A DNA stretch of 64,000 nucleotides from Phoronis australis (taxonomy: Eukaryota; Animalia; Phoronida). The DNA lies in the NCBI GenBank assembly GCA_002633005.1, contig NMRA01000243.1, positions 197,150-261,149 of the forward strand, written 5' to 3'. Shown piece after piece: positions 58,553-64,000 of this stretch (positions are counted from its first letter, which is position 1; every line of letters starts with the position of its first letter). The position numbers and the translations under genes are program-made. The notes under the pieces were generated by a model. The model had not been told where the DNA came from. It was given only the letters and a program-made list of their open reading frames with translations, and ran no database searches.

Positions 58553-61249
58553 CAAGGAGTGTAGTAGTATAGGAGAGTTCACTTGTGAGTTCGCTGTTAC
58601 CGCTGCTACTAGCGCCACCAAGTGGTGAACAAGCCACTGTCAACCAGGAAGCGCCAAAACAATAGGGATGGACGCATTGTGCAGTGCGATAAATTGCATG
58701 AATTCATTCACGAAAACCTCAGACGTGTCATTTTTTAGGTTTCCTAAGGATCCAGAAAGGTAAGGATTATCTGTTATTCAGTAATATGATACATTGTCTT
58801 TCATTTTGTGTGTTCTGTTCACGGTTATTAGATAAGTCGATCACAGTCCCGTTGCCACTGTTCTGTTGTCTGCAGTGTAGGCTAGGCCTACTGTACAACC
58901 GGGCTGCCGGCGGAAGGACTATGATGAACGTACGATGTGATCGTCAGCTTTTTGGATACTTGCAGTCCATCAATTCTAAATCAAAATGTCACCCGTACGA
59001 TCGCAGGGACAATTTTAGGAAAACATACCCATGCCCATGATGGCCATGAGTAATATGACTGGTGACACAGCCATGGCACAATCACAGCCACAGGGCCACG
59101 GTCATGAGTCAAGTTAGCGAATCTGTGGGTCTCGGTGACAAGGTGAAAAATCCGAACATAATTTTAATGTGCCAGTTAGACCAATTAAGTTAAGCAGTGC
59201 GTCACTGAAAACTTAATTCTATGTGTCAATGATGGGGGGCCCGGCCCTGTTAAAATATCCGTGGATCAACATTTGAGTCCGAGTTTTTTTCAGTTGACAC
59301 CAAAACGCTTTTGTCTCTATCACAATCACAGTGCGACAGGAATTCTGTAGTGTAGTGTACTTTAGTGTAGGCTACCAGTCTTCTTTGAACCTAGTGAATA
59401 TGAGGTTTGTTCCTGAGTCTCTCAGTCATTGATTTCTGTTCAGGTGCAAGCACTGGGAGCTGACCTTATGAATAGAGATGCAACCTACTTGTCCAAGAAC
59501 CGCAAGTTATGCTCTCATCACTTCGAGGAGTCCATGTTCATGAATGAAGAACAAGCTGGTATTAACTGTAGTGCCCGAACAATATATGATGTCCCGAATC
59601 CACCAAAAGTGAAGATGTCAGGGTCAAAAAGTTCTCCGGAAATTATATTACAGCTCTGGAATAGGATTTTTTGCATTTCTGATTATCGTCTCACAAAGCA
59701 AGTACTGGAACATCACGTGTAGAAAGGACAATTAGTCCGCAAAATCTGGTTTTCGTATTAAAAGGTTGATCAGATTGAAACATTTTATGAATGGTTAGCC
59801 TGTGATTTGGAGAGAGCCAAAGTAAAACTGATGGATCATTCAGAGTCTGAGTGGTGGGCTGAAATTTTGTTAAACACAAGCTATCCGTATCATTTTGCTT
59901 CTCAATGACAAACACCTCTGTGAGTAAATTAGTTTTCAGCTTTCTTTATAACGCATTTCTTTGGCGAAAAGTGCTGTTGTTTGCTAGTGAATTAATAGAG
60001 AGTGACAAGGTTGGTTAAATTTTCTTGTTGTATTGGTTGGTGTATGTGTTGCCTGTTTTGTACGTTTTGGAGATTGTGATTAATTTAAGCCCCAGTTGTG
60101 GCTAGGTATCAGATATGATCTTGTGGTCTGGCTTTAACTTACCTGAAATATTTACTAATAGGAACAGTGGGTATATAAAATTTTGGTTTTATCATCCAAG
60201 TCTTTTTAATTCAATTTTGTATGAAGTTATGTGGGTAGTGAATATTTTGATTGCTGTTTAGTACCTCTTAATTTTTTGTCATGATATTTTGAACTTTGAT
60301 TAGTTATGAGTGATGATGTACTCAATGTTACTTCATTTTGTAAGTTGTGAGCTATTCTACAGATTAGCAAGTGACTTGTCAGTAGCTGTTGGTGAGTAGG
60401 AGAGTGGGATTGAGCCCTATACTGGCATGACTAAGAAATAATGGAATGTTCTAAAATTGTATTACGATTTTGTGGTAGTGATGAATTGCCTTGCTTTCTT
60501 CTTTTCACTTGACGTGTAACACCCACTGCACAAAACAATTGTCTGCATTGCCTCATGCATTGAATAGGGAACACATGCGAAATTGTAGGGTGGAGATGAA
60601 ACCAGCAGTGAGCTGGGAGCAACATGTTTGTCAATGGTCAGGGGAGCAACCAAAATGTGTGACTATGGGAGGGGCTCAACACCCATGTGGCATACATACC
60701 CATTGGTTTTTACCTGTTTAGCACTCCTCCCATGTAACCCCCCTGGGAGGGGGTCAACACCTATTTGGCGCCCACCTGCCGGTTTTTGCCTGGTACCTCC
60801 TCAGCTGGTACCTGGAGGGAATTCCCCTCTGAACCCCCTCCTACAATCATTCAAGTTATGTAGTCCATGGAAGTATGAAGTGTTACAAAGAACGATAATT
60901 GCCGTGTTAAGAACTCAAACATGAAACAAAACCATGATGAATTTTGAAGGGAGCTTCAAGAGAATAAAAACAAATACACTTTAATATTGATTAAAATACA
61001 CATTTTCTTTCTCATTCTATTGTAAGTGGATGTTAGTTTATGTATTCTAACCATTTTCAATCCCACAGTAATTTTATTGCACGTTGAATGTCATTAAAGT
61101 ATGAATTTATGAGCGTTTACATTGTTCGGACTGCGCGCCAAACTAAGTGTTGATTATTCACCACTTGGAGCGCTACTGTTTCGACCAGTAACCATTGCGG
61201 CGAATGGTAAAATGGCGGAGTGAACTCTCCTATACTCGTACACTCCTTA
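58553..61249 (+). mobile_element. Non-autonomous P-superfamily DNA transposon (2697 bp) in a GET3 intron
   Basis: 31-bp TIRs at 58553-58583 (CAAGGAGTGTAGTAGTATAGGAGAGTTCACT) and 61219-61249 match 28/31. The 7-bp TSD GTGTAAC is at 58546-58552 and 61250-61256. An internal inverted repeat TAGCGC..CCAAGTGGTGAA is at 58610-58629 and 61157-61175. A THAP remnant lies inside. Confidence 0.85.
58668..59625 (+). pseudogene. Frameshifted two-exon THAP zinc-finger (transposase N-terminus) remnant
   Basis: Exon 58668-58759 encodes MDALCSAINCMNSFTKTSDVSFFRFPKDPER|gtaagg. The acceptor ttcag| at 59444 gives CKHW then an early stop. The shifted frame continues ADLMNRDATYLSKNRKLCSHHFEESMF...TIYDVPNPP. The C2CH ligands, FP-D, W, CxxHF and a disrupted AVPTIF-like box are present. 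No catalytic domain was seen. Confidence 0.85.
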
Positions 61250-61444
61250 GTGTAACTCTCATAAGTCACTTGTACACAAACTTTGTAAATATAAATCTGT
61301 CATCATATGGATGGAGACAAATGTTAGGCGAATAGAATGAGGTGTATTTTATTAATTTCTGATGAGAATTTTTGGGGTTATGGCGGAGCTCATCTGTCCG
61401 ACCATTACCCTTGAGGCAACTTTGAATAAAAGTTTTTACTTCAC

Positions 61445-61897
61445 TGCTGTGCGTAACTTGGAATTCTACTTTATCTCTAGATCATGCATGCGTGAACTTA
61501 GAATTAAATATTCATTAAAGCAATCAGGTGAAATTTTTTGTTTATTGTAAAGAATCTTTGGAATTATTGGCTCCGCGATCATTTACTGCAACTTGCATCA
61601 CAGGATCGGAAGAATGTGTGAATGGTTAATCGATTGTTGTTCGGTAAATAAGATCACCCAAAAGTTGAAAAAGTTAATTATGTAATTCTGGTTAAAAATT
61701 AAATTGTTTACTAAACTGTAATTTGCTTTAGTGCAGTGCCAATTTTTATCAATGTGAATGTGATTCAAGCCACATAATTGTAGACACCCATGTCTAGAAT
61801 TCTATGTTTGAGTAAACATGCCAAGTTCTCTCAGCTACTCAAAGTTCACGCATGCGTGATCTTGAGATCAAGCATAATTCCAAGTTCAAGCACAGCC
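61445..61897. mobile_element. Probable MITE with ~55-bp imperfect TIRs
   Basis: GCTGTGCGTAACTTGGAATT...AGATCATGCATGCGTGAACTT (about 61446-61499) versus the reverse complement of AAGTTCACGCATGCGTGATCTTGAGAT...AATTCCAAGTTCAAGCACAGC (about 61842-61896). Confidence 0.6.
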
Positions 61898-62559
61898 GCA
61901 CAGTGCAAGCAATCTGTCACTTAGACACTGCCATTGTCTCGTCTGGCCACAGCAGAGACGGAGGCTATCCTATAGGCTCTCGATATGCTGGAAGCTTTTC
62001 AGCAAATTGTGCCTCACACTGATTAAGCCATCACCATCAGGCATTGCTGTGCCTTTTGAGAAACAAGGGACACTAAGAAGACGTTGGTGTATTTAACGCT
62101 TCCCAGCTCAACCACAAGTACTCCCGCTATCATTTTTTTTCAAGCAATGCAGGTGCCGATTTGGGCAACTGAATGAAGGACTCCTTGAGAAAAAAGTTAG
62201 ATTGTAGGAGTATTTGTTCGAGCTGAGAAAGGTGTCCCTCTATATGCAAAAGTCACGTTGATGTAGGTACCTTTCGTGCACAGGGGGACACTTAAGGAGG
62301 CCGTCGATGTCTTTAATTCCTTCCATTTTGAACAAATACTCATGTTATCAAAGTTTTTCTTCGAGTAGTCCTTCGTTCAGTTCCCAAAATCGGAAAATGG
62401 TCATTTTTAACAGTGTGCGCGGCAGATGGTATGACGTCATATCTCCTGGCATACGCTGTATAAAAATTGCCAGTTACAGATTTTGGGACTGGAACGGGGG
62501 ACTGATTGAAGAAAAAGTTTGATATCAGGATTGTTTTTGTTGGAAGGTATCCCTCTATT

Positions 62560-63326
62560 AGCCAGTCAGCTAACTTTATGAAGACTGTCGTCAAAATACA
62601 GCTAGGTACCACTGTGTGTATTTCTTCCGTAGACCCCGAAATTGCACACAGCCAGGGTAGTTCTGCTCGTCACCTCGCCGTGAAACTTGTATCACCATGT
62701 AAAGCTAAAGACCAGATGGTGTGCATGCAAAATGTGGGAATCAACCGACACTCACCTTGCCCATTACAGCCGTTTAAGTGAAAAACAATGAAATAAACGT
62801 CTTTTTCTTGCGTAACTCTCCACCTTTTCTAACTATGAAAAGTTATGTCGTCGTTTTGAAAACAGTACGCTCCTGTCACGCGCACACGTCGTTTCCTAAA
62901 TTTTTGCAACATCTTTTGGGAGATGATGATAGCTTGGCAGAAGTAAAATTTCGTCTGAAATTCGTTTTTTTTGGTATCAAAATTCTAAAAACTTATAATG
63001 AAGTGAAATCAGTTCCGATAATTTGTTGTGACATGTACGCAACCTCGTGAAAGAACAGCAGTTGATTGAAGAATCAGCGAAAAAAGAAACTGGCCAATAG
63101 GTGACGCACTATTTCATGGCGCCGAAAGCCGTCGCCAAAGATCGCCCCACAACCTTAGCAGCAGAATAACGGTAGAACGCCATTTTTTCCAACACTGATA
63201 AATAATTCAGTTTACTCAAAAAAGACTGCAGTTTTTAATCACATTAATTTTGAGTCAGATTTTATATTACCACTTTTTTACCCACCTCAGTGCAAAGCTG
63301 CATGTAACAGCTTTGTACCAAGGCTA
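62560..63326. mobile_element. Uninterrupted copy of the repeat family found at 30690-33191
   Basis: Collinear homology as listed for 30690-33191, ending CAGCTTTGTACCAAGGCTA. Left boundary is approximate. Confidence 0.75.
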
Positions 63327-64000
63327 TCCTTCTATGACTTAGTATGACTATGTGCACAAGGTAATAATAACAACGTGACTTTCATGTTTCAGTCGGTCTG
63401 AGGCATAATTCACCAAAAAGCTTCCGTTGTATGAAGCTTCTATAGGATCTGCACCATCTCTACTGGGCTAGCTAGAGACAATGGTAACTGTGACTGTCTA
63501 CTAAAAATTTTAGTAACTACAGTCAAGTGACCTAATTATCGGACGTTTTGGCACATTTTGCATTATATTTAATTGAAAATACTACGGATTGTTGTAAATT
63601 CTTTGCTGAAATAAAGATTTACCTTCACGGAATTGCTCTGTTACTATATCTTGTCACTGAAAGCCACATTATGTTCCGACTGATCTTCAAAAAACACAAC
63701 AACCAAACCTTCGGAGAACCTAAATATCGGACACCATGTTTCTCCATACGCCACACCGCGGAAAACTGACTAACCATGTAATGGCCGCGGGCACCTTGTC
63801 GCCAAATTTCAGCTCGAGTGTTTTGACATATATGCTGCTAGAACCCAGGTCCATTCGCAACAAAATTATCCATAAAATGAAATCTGATGACGGCGCCAAG
63901 TCGTTTCGATGAATTAGTGCAGACGACTAAAGCACGTGCAAACTCACTGCAGTTTTTAGTATCACTTAGGCTTCTTGATATGACACCCGCACGTGCGCGG

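Noticed and set aside
57749-64000. First GET3 exon with the GKGGVGKT P-loop
   Set aside because: I searched the minus strand by eye and did not find it. It is presumed to lie beyond the window end rather than to be lost.

Overview
This is intron-rich, AT-rich animal genomic DNA with three larger assembly gaps. It is probably an invertebrate; the taxon cannot be fixed from the sequence. Splicing GT-AG exons by hand gives four housekeeping genes: the last two exons of ALG14 (+); a complete 24-exon MTREX/SKIV2L2/MTR4 helicase (-, about 1024 aa); a complete 7-exon TXNDC12/ERp18-like gene (+, 178 aa) head-to-head with MTREX; and seven 3' exons of GET3/ASNA1 (-, first exon outside the window). A tRNA-Cys(GCA) lies in the last TXNDC12 intron. 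The most notable unannotated signals are: (i) two near-identical 200-nt box C/D snoRNAs in adjacent MTREX introns, carrying a SNORD17-type 28S guide; (ii) a 2.7-kb P-superfamily transposon with 31-bp TIRs, a 7-bp TSD and a frameshifted spliced THAP gene in a GET3 intron; (iii) hAT-like MITEs with 6-bp TSDs; (iv) Helentron/DINE-1-like elements, one carrying CTCF-like motifs and one pair apparently nested; (v) a duplicated MTREX exon end that creates a second splice donor. Most ORFs in the supplied track are spurious or are exon fragments.
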